Shown piece by piece: positions 28,226-37,613 of a stretch of DNA of 64,000 nt; the first letter of the stretch is position 1; every line of letters begins with the position of its first letter. The position numbers and the translations under genes are program-made. A model generated the notes under the pieces. It searched no databases, had not been told where the DNA came from, and saw only the letters and a list, made by a program, of their open reading frames with translations. The stretch spans positions 4,961 to 68,960 of the forward strand of contig DAOUFT010000073.1 of the NCBI GenBank assembly GCA_034429855.1. The letters run 5' to 3'. The DNA is from Dehalococcoidia bacterium. Its GTDB lineage: Bacteria > Chloroflexota > Dehalococcoidia > GIF9 > UBA5629.

Positions 28226-29599
28226 CTATTTAATTCGTTTCTCGATGAGTTGAATAATTTCTGAACGCAACCCCTCGAGAGTAGTGGTATAAGGCACGAG
28301 GTTGTCGATCTTCTCGGCGAGGTCGGACTCATCAAATGAGTCCTTGATCCATACAGAGAAATCGTTGGAACGCCTTTGCAGCCGCAACCTCGATTCGAAT
28401 ACATGGTAGTAAAGGGAATTTAGGGTGATCTTGCGCAGGACTTCGACGAACTCGCGCAGATCCCATGCATAATAGTTGGTAGGAGCGATGATATTTACCA
28501 CCTTAACGAAATGGAATTCACGTTCAGCCTGGGAAAATCTGATACCCGGATTCTCAATCATATACTGTTCCATAACCGAGATCAGGGCGTTTTTTAAAGA
28601 CGCAAGGCTGGTGAACTCAAAAGTGTCTATATTGGCCAGTTTCTCCGACAGTATGGGATTGTCAAGGGCATCTCCCACCCATAATGCGAAATCGTTTGCA
28701 GGCTCGGGATTGAGATATTGATACTCCTCCAGAAAGTGGTGTGTATGGTAGTACACTATTGAGTCTGGCGCCGCTTTGAGTATGTTCACCAGTGCAATCA
28801 AATTTGTCGCTTTCAGACCGGTGAGTTCCTTCAGATGCAAACGGGTGTAGAAATGAAATGGTTCTGCGGCTTTCTTAAGCGGGCGACCATAATTCACAAT
28901 GGTTTCTCTGACCAGTTTGCTGTTGGGTATAACCATGATAATCTGGTCAGGTGTTCTGACGACAACGTTCCTCCATCCTATGTCGGTAACATAGCCTGCA
29001 TCACCGGAGCCGATTTTTATAAAGTCGCCCTCTTTCACCATGCGGCTGGCAGTGATCTCAAATCCGGAGAATATATTCAGTATCGCATCACGTGAGGCCA
29101 GGATAATCACGAGCATGATAAAGGCAACCAGAAGTATTAAAGGGGTCAGTGGCCAACCCCAATAGTCGAGCAATATCAGTAATCCAACAACAATCAGTGT
29201 CGATCGCAAAGCGATCATAATATATCTGGCCGGCCGCTTGACGTTTTTAAACTCGCTCAGGTAAATGCTTAGCAGTCTTTCACTGAGGATGATGAGCAGC
29301 CAGATAATGGAGATAATGAAAACGCTGGCGATTATTTTGATAATCAGGGTCTTGGTATCTTCCGGTATACTGGAAAATGCGATAGCAACATACAAACCAA
29401 GCAGAATAAACCAGAAGAAGAAAGGCCCGCGTGTAGTCTGAATCAGCACCTCGCGTCCTCCCCATCCTGATTTAGTCAAAGACCTGTTTAGATTGTTATA
29501 AAGCACACGCCTGGCCCAGAGACCTATGATGCAGAATGCCATAAAGATGGCCAGTGGCACCACCACCAGCAACCAATTATGTTGAAACCACTCGATCAT
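28226..29599 (-). CDS. Mechanosensitive ion channel (MscS family) with a large C-terminal cytoplasmic domain
   Basis: N-terminal TM helices, then an MscS-like beta-domain region (GDFIKIGSGDAGYVTDIGWRNVVVRTPDQIIMVIPNSKL). Confidence 0.65.
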   Translation of the reverse strand: MIEWFQHNWLLVVVPLAIFMAFCIIGLWARRVLYNNLNRSLTKSGWGGREVLIQTTRGPFFFWFILLGLYVAIAFSSIPEDTKTLIIKIIASVFIISIIWLLIILSERLLSIYLSEFKNVKRPARYIMIALRSTLIVVGLLILLDYWGWPLTPLILLVAFIMLVIILASRDAILNIFSGFEITASRMVKEGDFIKIGSGDAGYVTDIGWRNVVVRTPDQIIMVIPNSKLVRETIVNYGRPLKKAAEPFHFYTRLHLKELTGLKATNLIALVNILKAAPDSIVYYHTHHFLEEYQYLNPEPANDFALWVGDALDNPILSEKLANIDTFEFTSLASLKNALISVMEQYMIENPGIRFSQAEREFHFVKVVNIIAPTNYYAWDLREFVEVLRKITLNSLYYHVFESRLRLQRRSNDFSVWIKDSFDESDLAEKIDNLVPYTTTLEGLRSEIIQLIEKRIK

Positions 29600-29608
29600 G
29601 TTTTTATC

Positions 29609-30409
29609 CTACGCAATCTTTAGCACTTCAGCAAGTACGCTTCTAACCTCAGCCGTGTCGTTTAAATAGTAGGCGGCGTTTGTTTGCTGACCGGCATTTC
29701 CGATTAGTACCGATACTCCGCCCGCATTATTGATAGTCCGGAACGCATCTTCATCTGTAAGGTCATCTCCAAAATATATGGACAGCGAGGATGCGCGCAC
29801 ATTTTTCGGCAGGAATTTGTCCAGTATCAGCTGTACCGCCTTACCTTTATCCCAAGGAACTGCCGGCCTTACCTCATGCACTTTTTTCCCTGATGAAGTT
29901 TTGATTTTCCCCCTTTTTTTGCCCAGATCAACGGTATTGTCAAAGATCGCTTTAACCTGAGGCAGTTGCTCTGAATCAACTTGTCGATAATGTACGCTCA
30001 GGCTCAGGCCTTTATCCTCCACAACTACTCCTCCTATGCTGGTCAGAGCCCTGGACAAAACACGGCTGACTACGAGCATGAAGGATCGAATTTCATCAGT
30101 TAGAGGATATATATACCGTATTCCCGGCCCCTCGATTTCCAGGCCGTGGTTTCCGGCTAAAATGACGTTGTCTATATCGACCATATTACGTAAATCCGCG
30201 ATTGCGCGGCCGCTGATAATGCCCACCGTCACGCCCTGCTTGCGAGCAAGCTTCTCCAGTAAGTTTTTAGTTTCGTGCGGCAATAGTGCCATCTCGGGCC
30301 GATCCACTATGGGTGTCAGTGTGCCGTCGTAATCGGACAATAACACCTTGCGTTTCGCGGCCTTCAAATTCTTCCAGATACCATTCCAATCGTTAAAAAG
30401 ATATTGCAT
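29609..30409 (-). CDS. otsB: Trehalose-6-phosphate phosphatase (HAD-IIB)
   Basis: LLSDYDGTLTPIV ... HAD motifs ... YFGDDLTDEDAF. Confidence 0.8.
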   Translation of the reverse strand: MQYLFNDWNGIWKNLKAAKRKVLLSDYDGTLTPIVDRPEMALLPHETKNLLEKLARKQGVTVGIISGRAIADLRNMVDIDNVILAGNHGLEIEGPGIRYIYPLTDEIRSFMLVVSRVLSRALTSIGGVVVEDKGLSLSVHYRQVDSEQLPQVKAIFDNTVDLGKKRGKIKTSSGKKVHEVRPAVPWDKGKAVQLILDKFLPKNVRASSLSIYFGDDLTDEDAFRTINNAGGVSVLIGNAGQQTNAAYYLNDTAEVRSVLAEVLKIA

Positions 30410-30424
30410 TTATCCTGATGCTAT

Positions 30425-31915
30425 TCACTTGATCTCTACCATGGCTGCGATGATATCGGCCGCCCATCTATAGACGTTGTATTCACGCACCCTCTCGCGC
30501 AATTTAGTCATCTTCTCACGGCGCTGTTGTGGTTGCATCTCAATCGCGGCTCGAATAGTCTCGGCGATATCCTGTACCGAATAAGGGTTGACCAGCAGCG
30601 CCTCCTCGAGCTCCCTGGCGGCGCCCGTGAACCTGCTCAGTATGAGTACGCCGTCATTGTCCACTCTGCTGGATATATATTCCTTGGCGACCAGGTTCAT
30701 ACCATCGTGCAGGGAACTGACAAGGCAGAAGTGCGCAAGTCGGTTGAAAGCCAGCAGAGTAGCAGGTGATTTGTGCTCTTTTATATATATTATAGGCCTC
30801 CATCCGTCGGTCTCATGCCTGTTGTTGATTTCTTGAACCAGACTGTCGATTTCGGTATTCAGATCCTGATACTTCTTGATCTTGGTACGGCTTGGCTCTC
30901 CAAGCTGGAAAAATACCAGCCTTTTTCTGAATTTGTATTTGGGATATTTTATCAGCAGCTGGTCGATGGCCATCAGCCTTTCAGGTATACCTTTAGTGTA
31001 GTCGATTCTGTCCAGGCCGATACCGATGATCTCGTCGGTTATCCCGTACCTTTGCTTGATGGCCGCCATCTCATTTTCAACTTCAATTGTCCGGCTCCTC
31101 TCGCCGATGGACTCAAAGTCCACGCTGATGGGAAACGGTCTTACATAGGTAGTGTGATTGCCGTGCGAAACGGAAAATTTCTCGTTATCTATCCTGCATT
31201 CCAGCGCACGGTCAACGGTTTCAAGAAAATTGTGCCGGTGATAAGCAATATGGAAACCGAGCAGGTCGTTGCCGAGCAGCCCGTATAGGATCTCGTTTTG
31301 CCAGGGACATACTCTGAACGCCTCACGGTTCGGCCAGGGAATATGCCAGAACTGAGCGCTGATGGTTCTTGGATTCTTTGCTTTGATCAGCCTTGATACA
31401 AGCGTCAGATGATAATCCTGAATGAAAACAAAGGCTTTGCGATGGCCGATCACCTCCAGAACGGCATCGGCAAACTGCCTGTTGACATTTTTATAAGTGT
31501 ACCAGTCCTCTTCGTCGAATTTAGGGCGCTGGAATACTATGTGACAGAGCGGCCACATGGCCTCGTTGGAAAAACCCATATAATATCTATCGAACTCGTC
31601 TTCTGTCAGCCATACGCGTTTAAGTTCGTAGCTGCCGGATCCGGGAGGTACGGATACCATGTTCTTGATGTCAACCACATCCCTATCGGCGCTGCCGCTA
31701 CCATGGGCAACCCAGATTCCTCCGCAGGCCTGCATGACGGGATCGAGCGCAGTGGTGAGACCGCTGGCAGGTACCATGCATTCGATTCTGTCGCCAACGC
31801 GGGTATGAATATAGGGTTCTCTGTTTGAAACAACAACAAATAGGTAATCGGCCAGTTTTTGCTTCACCATGTTTTGTAAATCGATCTGATTGAACATATT
31901 CAATCTCCTCGCCAA
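30425..31915 (-). CDS. otsA: Alpha,alpha-trehalose-phosphate synthase (GT20)
   Basis: LVVVSNREP ... WVAHGSG ... FWHIPWP ... GT20 core. Length is 496 aa. Confidence 0.85.
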   Translation of the reverse strand: MARRLNMFNQIDLQNMVKQKLADYLFVVVSNREPYIHTRVGDRIECMVPASGLTTALDPVMQACGGIWVAHGSGSADRDVVDIKNMVSVPPGSGSYELKRVWLTEDEFDRYYMGFSNEAMWPLCHIVFQRPKFDEEDWYTYKNVNRQFADAVLEVIGHRKAFVFIQDYHLTLVSRLIKAKNPRTISAQFWHIPWPNREAFRVCPWQNEILYGLLGNDLLGFHIAYHRHNFLETVDRALECRIDNEKFSVSHGNHTTYVRPFPISVDFESIGERSRTIEVENEMAAIKQRYGITDEIIGIGLDRIDYTKGIPERLMAIDQLLIKYPKYKFRKRLVFFQLGEPSRTKIKKYQDLNTEIDSLVQEINNRHETDGWRPIIYIKEHKSPATLLAFNRLAHFCLVSSLHDGMNLVAKEYISSRVDNDGVLILSRFTGAARELEEALLVNPYSVQDIAETIRAAIEMQPQQRREKMTKLRERVREYNVYRWAADIIAAMVEIK

Positions 31916-31933
31916 GAAATCTGCGTACGATTA

Positions 31934-32545
31934 CTATCGGCTCTGCTGCGCTATCCCGCATTTGAACCAGATATGATTAAACCGGTTCTCCAGGTTGAAA
32001 GAATAGCCACTCAGAATCCAGGTATTGACCAGAAATTGGAGCAGGGAATAGAAAATGCAAGCTGAAGAAAACGGATCACAGTCGCGTTTAAAATAGCAGG
32101 AGGAGTAGCAGGCCCTGATAAGTTGACCAATATGAGCAACATAATGATTTATAGCCCTGAATGCTTCTTTGTTGAGTTGTTCATCCCCCATGCTGATCAC
32201 CTCAGTGAAGATCTGAAAGAATATACCGCGCCTCCTGACTACGTTGGACAGGTGCCGTTTTACCAATATGTCGACATCGGCCGTCACGGACGCGTCGCGG
32301 CCTTTTTCAGATGACAAATCTGCCAGTAGTACCTTTTCTGCGTAGCCTATCATGTAGCTGTAGATCGCCCTCTTGTTGGTAAAATGCCTGTATATGGCGG
32401 CTTCTGAAAGCCCGATTTCCGATGAGATATTTTTTATGGTTACGTGCTCACCGCCCAGCTTTACTATAAGTTTCGCAGCCGCAACCGCAATCTGCTCCCG
32501 GCGAACTGCCGACCCCCTCCTTTTAACGACCCCCTTCTCAAACAT
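31934..32545 (-). CDS. TetR/AcrR family transcriptional regulator
   Basis: REQIAVAAAKLIVKLGGEHVTIKNISSEIGLSEAAIYRHFTNKRAI. ATG at 32545; the track ORF starts at an upstream GTG. Confidence 0.75.
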   Translation of the reverse strand: MFEKGVVKRRGSAVRREQIAVAAAKLIVKLGGEHVTIKNISSEIGLSEAAIYRHFTNKRAIYSYMIGYAEKVLLADLSSEKGRDASVTADVDILVKRHLSNVVRRRGIFFQIFTEVISMGDEQLNKEAFRAINHYVAHIGQLIRACYSSCYFKRDCDPFSSACIFYSLLQFLVNTWILSGYSFNLENRFNHIWFKCGIAQQSR

Positions 32546-32573
32546 GGTCAGCACACGGCAAATCTTAATTAAT

Positions 32574-32597
32574 ATGTGAGTGAATATTCACTCACAT
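32574..32597. promoter_or_regulatory. 24-bp perfect palindrome ATGTGAGTGAATATTCACTCACAT immediately upstream of the TetR gene; candidate TetR operator
   Basis: Perfect inverted repeat at 32574-32597, about 30-50 bp upstream of the TetR start. Confidence 0.5.
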
Positions 32598-32670
32598 TGT
32601 AGCCGGTTTATATATTTTGGTCAAGGGCAGTCTAAAATGAGGGAGCTGGGAGTTGGATGTGAAGGGGTTG

Positions 32671-33939
32671 TCAGGATGGTTCGGTATTTTTCGGTTGTTC
32701 ACCGAGATTGCGGAAAAACCATATATAGAATTTTTTAAACCTGGTTTTATCGATTAAGAATACAAGTAATGAGGTGAGAATAATGCTAATCAATATTATG
32801 GCATAAGCGGTGTTCTGGATTATTTCGCCGCCTTCCATGCCTTGTTGAAAAGGGATGGACGCCAGAACCGCCGCCGCCAGCCCCCGGGGGATAACTACCG
32901 CCAGCATCGTTGCATCCATAATTGGAGTGGATTTGACAACGGTGAACTTTACTACCGGTGGACGTATTATAAAGATGAGGATGGTCAGAATGAGGCCAAC
33001 TACTATCAGCCACCAGTTCGCCAGCTGCAGAGAAATACCGATGTATACGAAGAAAAGAGTTTTAAGAATGAATACCAGCTCAGAAAAAAAAGCCTTCTCA
33101 GAGACGTTCAGACCACTGAGTCCCGAATTCAATCCGTTATACAGTTTGGGCAGCTTGAGTGAACTTATATTGCCCAGCGTAATGCCGAAGGCCAGTGAGG
33201 CTATGGCTCCGCTGTAGCCCAGCCATTCGGCAATACCGAAAATCACGAAAACAACAGCCGCGGTTGTGAACATAGAGTTTTGCAGTCCGCGCACTTTATT
33301 GAATATATAGGACCAGCCGAAAGCGCCGACGGTGCCCATCATTGCCGCCAGTAAAAACGATGCTATCATCTTGCCCATGGTAAGCCCGATATCAAATTGC
33401 GTTATATCCGTGAGGCCGGCAATATCGATAAAACTGAGAGCGGAAATTACGCAAAATACATCGGTGATCGATGACTCCAATAGCAGTACGGTCTTTCCGT
33501 CCTCCTGCATATTAAGCTGGCCCAGCATGGGCGCTATAATAGCGGAGGATATCCCTCCTACCACCGATGCCAGAATAAATGATCTGATAAGACCCAGTCC
33601 TGTCAGATAATAAGCGGCAATCCCAACTATGATCACATTCAGTATAAATGTGATGGTAGTCAATATTAGAGTTTCTTTATAGGTTTTGCGCAAAGATGAA
33701 ATGCTCAAGCCTGTGCCGGCCTCGAACAGAATTAAAACAAATGTGACAACAGTGAAAATCGGCCCGACTGCACCGAAACTGGTGGGCGTAGCTATACCGA
33801 GCAGCGGACCCAGCAGGAGACCGATAATTACCAGAGGCAGTATATCCGGTATCCTGGTATGCCTGAATAGCGCCTCGAATAGATGGGCGGCAAAGATCAG
33901 TACACCCACCAGTCCTACGACCAGTGCTGCATCATGCAT
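32671..33939 (-). CDS. Cation:proton antiporter (NhaP/CPA1-type Na+/H+ exchanger)
   Basis: MHDAALVVGLVGVLIFAAHLFEALFRHTRIPDILPLVIIGLLLGP. Length is 422 aa with 11-12 TM segments. Confidence 0.75.
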   Translation of the reverse strand: MHDAALVVGLVGVLIFAAHLFEALFRHTRIPDILPLVIIGLLLGPLLGIATPTSFGAVGPIFTVVTFVLILFEAGTGLSISSLRKTYKETLILTTITFILNVIIVGIAAYYLTGLGLIRSFILASVVGGISSAIIAPMLGQLNMQEDGKTVLLLESSITDVFCVISALSFIDIAGLTDITQFDIGLTMGKMIASFLLAAMMGTVGAFGWSYIFNKVRGLQNSMFTTAAVVFVIFGIAEWLGYSGAIASLAFGITLGNISSLKLPKLYNGLNSGLSGLNVSEKAFFSELVFILKTLFFVYIGISLQLANWWLIVVGLILTILIFIIRPPVVKFTVVKSTPIMDATMLAVVIPRGLAAAVLASIPFQQGMEGGEIIQNTAYAIILISIILTSLLVFLIDKTRFKKFYIWFFRNLGEQPKNTEPS

Positions 33940-33989
33940 TGTATGCTGCCTGCTTTGTCGTGATAAAAGGTTTTTCCGGCATAAGTGGT

Positions 33990-34574
33990 TTAAACCAACC
34001 CTTTTTTCAGCGTGCTCAGGACTGCATTAAATCGTGCCTTGGGATCGAAGCTGTAATTACTCAGAGTCCATACATTGGATATACCCTGCATTATACTGAA
34101 CGTTAGAAAAGCTGTTGCATCTATATCTATATCTTTGCGCAGATTGCCCTGATTGACCTCTTGCTGAAGTACAGCTTTTAGATGCTCCACATATTTTTGT
34201 ATGGTGTCATATATTCGCCTGTTTAATTTTCGGTCACCCAGGCTGATGATTTCCGCGATTACCTGGAAGGATATGCCGCGCCGCATCTCGATGGATGATA
34301 GATGGCGCTGCAGGATAGTTTCAAGCACATCGCCATCCTGGCCGCCCGTAACGGTTAAATCGGCGATCAAGCTTTTCTCAATGTTCTCAACAAGTAAATG
34401 CAATATGTCCTTTTTGCTCTTAAAATGCCTGTAGATAGCTGCCTCGGTGAATCCGACTTCCTCAGCAATCCGCCTGACCGTCACATTCTCGCTGCCTACC
34501 TCGATAACCAGCTTGCGCGCTGCATTGACTATTTGCTCTTTTCTGGGGATCTTATTGGTAGCGATGCTGTTCAT
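33990..34574 (-). CDS. TetR/AcrR family transcriptional regulator
   Basis: KEQIVNAARKLVIEVGSENVTVRRIAEEVGFTEAAIYRHFKSKKDIL. It is a paralog of the 31934 TetR (shared IISLGD, LSS and VWTLS motifs). Confidence 0.75.
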   Translation of the reverse strand: MNSIATNKIPRKEQIVNAARKLVIEVGSENVTVRRIAEEVGFTEAAIYRHFKSKKDILHLLVENIEKSLIADLTVTGGQDGDVLETILQRHLSSIEMRRGISFQVIAEIISLGDRKLNRRIYDTIQKYVEHLKAVLQQEVNQGNLRKDIDIDATAFLTFSIMQGISNVWTLSNYSFDPKARFNAVLSTLKKGLV

Positions 34575-34872
34575 TTATACTTATCCCCGTATTAGATTCC
34601 GAACCGTTATGAATGTTGATTACGGCTATTATATATTTTTTTTAGGTTAGTTAACAGCGGTTGCAGTGTGTAATAACAAGAGAATGGAGACAAGCATGCC
34701 GCCTGTAGCCATCCGCAAGGTCGTAGCTTTAGAATCGAGGCCGTAGAATCGGTCATGACAAGCGGCTCCAGATACGCCGGGGCGCAGCAAACAATGTCTT
34801 TACGGATAATGGTATACAAATTAGTGGATAGGTTTCCGATTACAAGGTCGTGGATTTGGACTCTACCTGACG

Positions 34873-35148
34873 CTAAGCCCTTATCTTCAACTTGTATCTG
34901 GGAGTACCCTTCTCAATGTAGAAAAGAAATTTTACCTTTTCGCCTGCCTCAAGATGTCTTTCAGACTCCTCACGAAGTTGTTTGAAATCCATTTCCTTCA
35001 ATAATAAGGTTAGCAGTTCCAGCTTTCGTTTAAGTCTCTCGTTTTCGGACTCACCCGACAATAGCCGACCAAGCGTATCCGCATATTCTTTCTTGGTGAC
35101 CGTGTGGATACAATGAGAGAGACTCGGCTCCAGCTCTATCTTTAACAT
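34873..35148 (-). CDS. Small hypothetical protein (91 aa), paralogous to the C-terminus of the 37177-37548 product
   Basis: C-terminal block LELLTLLLKEMDFKQLREESERHLEAGEKVKFLFYIEKGTPRYKLKI aligns with LLSLLESPDLERLRGEAERLLSEGKQVKVRIDYGEGDPRFELI. Confidence 0.4.
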   Translation of the reverse strand: MLKIELEPSLSHCIHTVTKKEYADTLGRLLSGESENERLKRKLELLTLLLKEMDFKQLREESERHLEAGEKVKFLFYIEKGTPRYKLKIRA

Positions 35149-35174
35149 AACAGCGACGGATTCATGTTACTATA

Positions 35175-36005
35175 TTACTTTAATGTAATCCTGGAACCGG
35201 CGTTATTCAAGAAAAATATGCCTGGAAATTCCTGCGCCAGCCGTGCCGAGGCAGCGAAACCTGTGCAGTGGGATACACCCAGTTTCTTGATCCCCATTTC
35301 GTTAAGTTCTGCTATAGTCCTTTCAATCCGTTCCTCGTTGGCAAAGATAAGATGGGTGCCTCCGATTACAGCGTATACATTGTCTTTGCCGGTTATTCTC
35401 TGTGCCTGGCGTAGCGTATTGATCATTCCACGATGGGCACAGCCGAGTATCACTACCAATCCGAAGTCAGCATTGACAACCAATGAAAGGTCATCGGCAA
35501 GAGCGTCGGGCGACATGCCGTCAGGATCCTTAACGAAAAGGTTCCCGTCGATATTTTCATAATCGGTGACCATCTGGATTTCTCCGGTTGTGGTTATATG
35601 CTCGCTGATGGATACGGGTTCGCGGCTGATTTTAAAACGCGCGCCGCACTTCTCCAGCTCTTCTCTGGAAAAGGGTGCAGCGATGGAGATATAGTTCTCC
35701 GGACCGAAGCCGACGTGTTTGGCAGACCAGAGGTCGGGATGGCAGATAACTTCGGCACCCCCGCATTTGGTTAAAACCTCGTGCAGTCCACCTGTATGAT
35801 CCGCATGCCCGTGACTTAATACGATGGTATCGATAGTTGTCATATCGATGCCCAGCCGTTGGGCGTTATATGCAGTGGATAGACCTCCTCCCGCATCCAT
35901 AAGCACCTTTCTCCCATCAGCCTCTACCAGTATGCTCAGCCCCCATTCACCGAGAAAACCAAAACCGGCGGTATTCTCGCTCAGGGTGGTAATCTGGACT
36001 TCCAT
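35175..36005 (-). CDS. MBL-fold metallo-hydrolase family protein
   Basis: VLMDAGGG ... IDTIVLSHGHADHTGGL ... a further His and Asp. Length is 276 aa. Confidence 0.7.
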   Translation of the reverse strand: MEVQITTLSENTAGFGFLGEWGLSILVEADGRKVLMDAGGGLSTAYNAQRLGIDMTTIDTIVLSHGHADHTGGLHEVLTKCGGAEVICHPDLWSAKHVGFGPENYISIAAPFSREELEKCGARFKISREPVSISEHITTTGEIQMVTDYENIDGNLFVKDPDGMSPDALADDLSLVVNADFGLVVILGCAHRGMINTLRQAQRITGKDNVYAVIGGTHLIFANEERIERTIAELNEMGIKKLGVSHCTGFAASARLAQEFPGIFFLNNAGSRITLK

Positions 36006-36048
36006 TGTTACCTCCTCACTGCGTTGTTAATGCATTAATCTCAGGTTA

Positions 36049-37056
36049 TCACTGTTGCCTGCGTTCTAAGGGTGGAGAGACAAGATAATCGCCTATTTGA
36101 TCGATAAGGCTGGACTGGTATTGTTCTATGTGCCCGGCATCGCATAAGGCAGCCAGATCGGGGTCAACCGGTATTTTCCCAAGGAGCGGCGCTTTTGCCT
36201 CTGCCGCCATTTCTTCTCCCCTGCTTTTACCGAAAAGCTCAATATCCTTGTCTATCTGCTTGACGTGTAGATAGCTCATATTTTCGACCACACCGAGTAT
36301 TTTCTTATTCATCTGCCCGGCCATTTTCACGGCCTTCCTAACGATCATGGCTGTCAAATCCTGCGGTGTGAAGACAATTATCACACCCGTAATCGGCAGG
36401 GACTGCATAACGGTAAGAGGTGCATCTGCAGTGCCGGGCGGCAGGTCAACAATCAAATAGTCCAGATTGCCCCATACGACTTCCTCCCAGAATTGAGTTA
36501 TGGCCTTGCCTATCAGGGGACCTCGCCATATGACGGCATCATCCTCATTCGGCAATAGCAGATTGATCGACATGATTTCTATGCCGGACTTTGAAGTTAC
36601 CGGTAATATGCCGCTCTCGCTTCCGCCGGGACGGTCGGTTATGCCGAACATCTTCGGTATGCTGGCGCCGGTAATATCGGCATCGAGTATACCGACTTCA
36701 AAACCCTTTCTTCTCAGTGCTACAGCTGTTATACCGCTGACCAGTGACTTGCCCACTCCGCCTTTACCGCTCATGACGGCTATGATATTGCCGATTTTAT
36801 TGAGATCAGTGGGTTTGGATTCTATATAATCTACGCTGATTTTCTTGACGTCGTACAAATCACTTAATGAATCCTTTATTTTATCCCTCGTCCAGGTTTG
36901 AGAGTATTCATCCAGCGCCGTCGAAGCCAGCGTGATTTTTACCGAGTTGTCAGTAACTATAATATCGCGCAGCAAATTCATTAATGTCAGGCTGCGAACA
37001 ACGTGAGGTATGAGGATTTCCTCAAGCCTGGATTTAACCTGTTCGGGTGAAGACAT
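36049..37056 (-). CDS. Mrp/NBP35 (ApbC) family iron-sulfur cluster carrier ATPase with an N-terminal DUF59/MIP18-like domain
   Basis: Deviant Walker A IAVMSGKGGVGKS; a CxxC-type cluster-ligand region. Length is 335 aa. Confidence 0.85.
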   Translation of the reverse strand: MSSPEQVKSRLEEILIPHVVRSLTLMNLLRDIIVTDNSVKITLASTALDEYSQTWTRDKIKDSLSDLYDVKKISVDYIESKPTDLNKIGNIIAVMSGKGGVGKSLVSGITAVALRRKGFEVGILDADITGASIPKMFGITDRPGGSESGILPVTSKSGIEIMSINLLLPNEDDAVIWRGPLIGKAITQFWEEVVWGNLDYLIVDLPPGTADAPLTVMQSLPITGVIIVFTPQDLTAMIVRKAVKMAGQMNKKILGVVENMSYLHVKQIDKDIELFGKSRGEEMAAEAKAPLLGKIPVDPDLAALCDAGHIEQYQSSLIDQIGDYLVSPPLERRQQ

Positions 37057-37176
37057 ATTGGGTACTCCTTCTTTAAAATCCTATAAAAGGTCGTATTAAT
37101 AAGGTTAATTCGATTCTAAAAACACTTTTTCAATTCAACCTTTCCATCAGGTTTACCCTGCGCTTTCTACATAATG

Positions 37177-37548
37177 TTACTCAGAAATCAATTCAAAGCG
37201 GGGGTCGCCCTCGCCATAGTCAATCCTGACCTTGACCTGTTTGCCTTCGGACAATAGCCGTTCCGCTTCGCCTCGCAACCTTTCGAGGTCGGGAGATTCC
37301 AGCAGCGACAGCAGCGCTTCATAACGCCTCTGCAGTTCTTCATCGCTTGATTGCTCGCTGAGCAAGGAGAAAAGGCAGTTGTCCAACTCTTTCTCCGCAA
37401 GGCATTTCAGGCATCTGCCCGGAACCTCGTTACATGTATAATCGGGCTGAAGGTTAATCCGTTCCATTGTAGTCATCGCCACCTGCTTAGTTTTACCGGT
37501 ATAGGCATTCTGAATTGTCGGCACCGGTATTATCGAATTGTACATCAT
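37177..37548 (-). CDS. Small hypothetical protein with an N-terminal 4-Cys motif (CNEVPGRCLKCLAEKELDNC) and a C-terminal domain paralogous to 34873-35148
   Basis: See the paralog alignment above. The true start may be an internal Met (MTTMERIN...). Confidence 0.4.
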   Translation of the reverse strand: MMYNSIIPVPTIQNAYTGKTKQVAMTTMERINLQPDYTCNEVPGRCLKCLAEKELDNCLFSLLSEQSSDEELQRRYEALLSLLESPDLERLRGEAERLLSEGKQVKVRIDYGEGDPRFELISE

Positions 37549-37613
37549 GCCTGGAAAGCAAACAAAAGGGCGGGGCCTTGATGCGAATCTTATTGCGATT
37601 GAATGCCTGATTA

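Noticed and set aside
34650-34870. Possible tRNA in the long intergenic region
   Set aside because: No acceptor-stem pairing with a T-arm (GTTCRANYC-like) or anticodon-arm geometry could be assembled on either strand.
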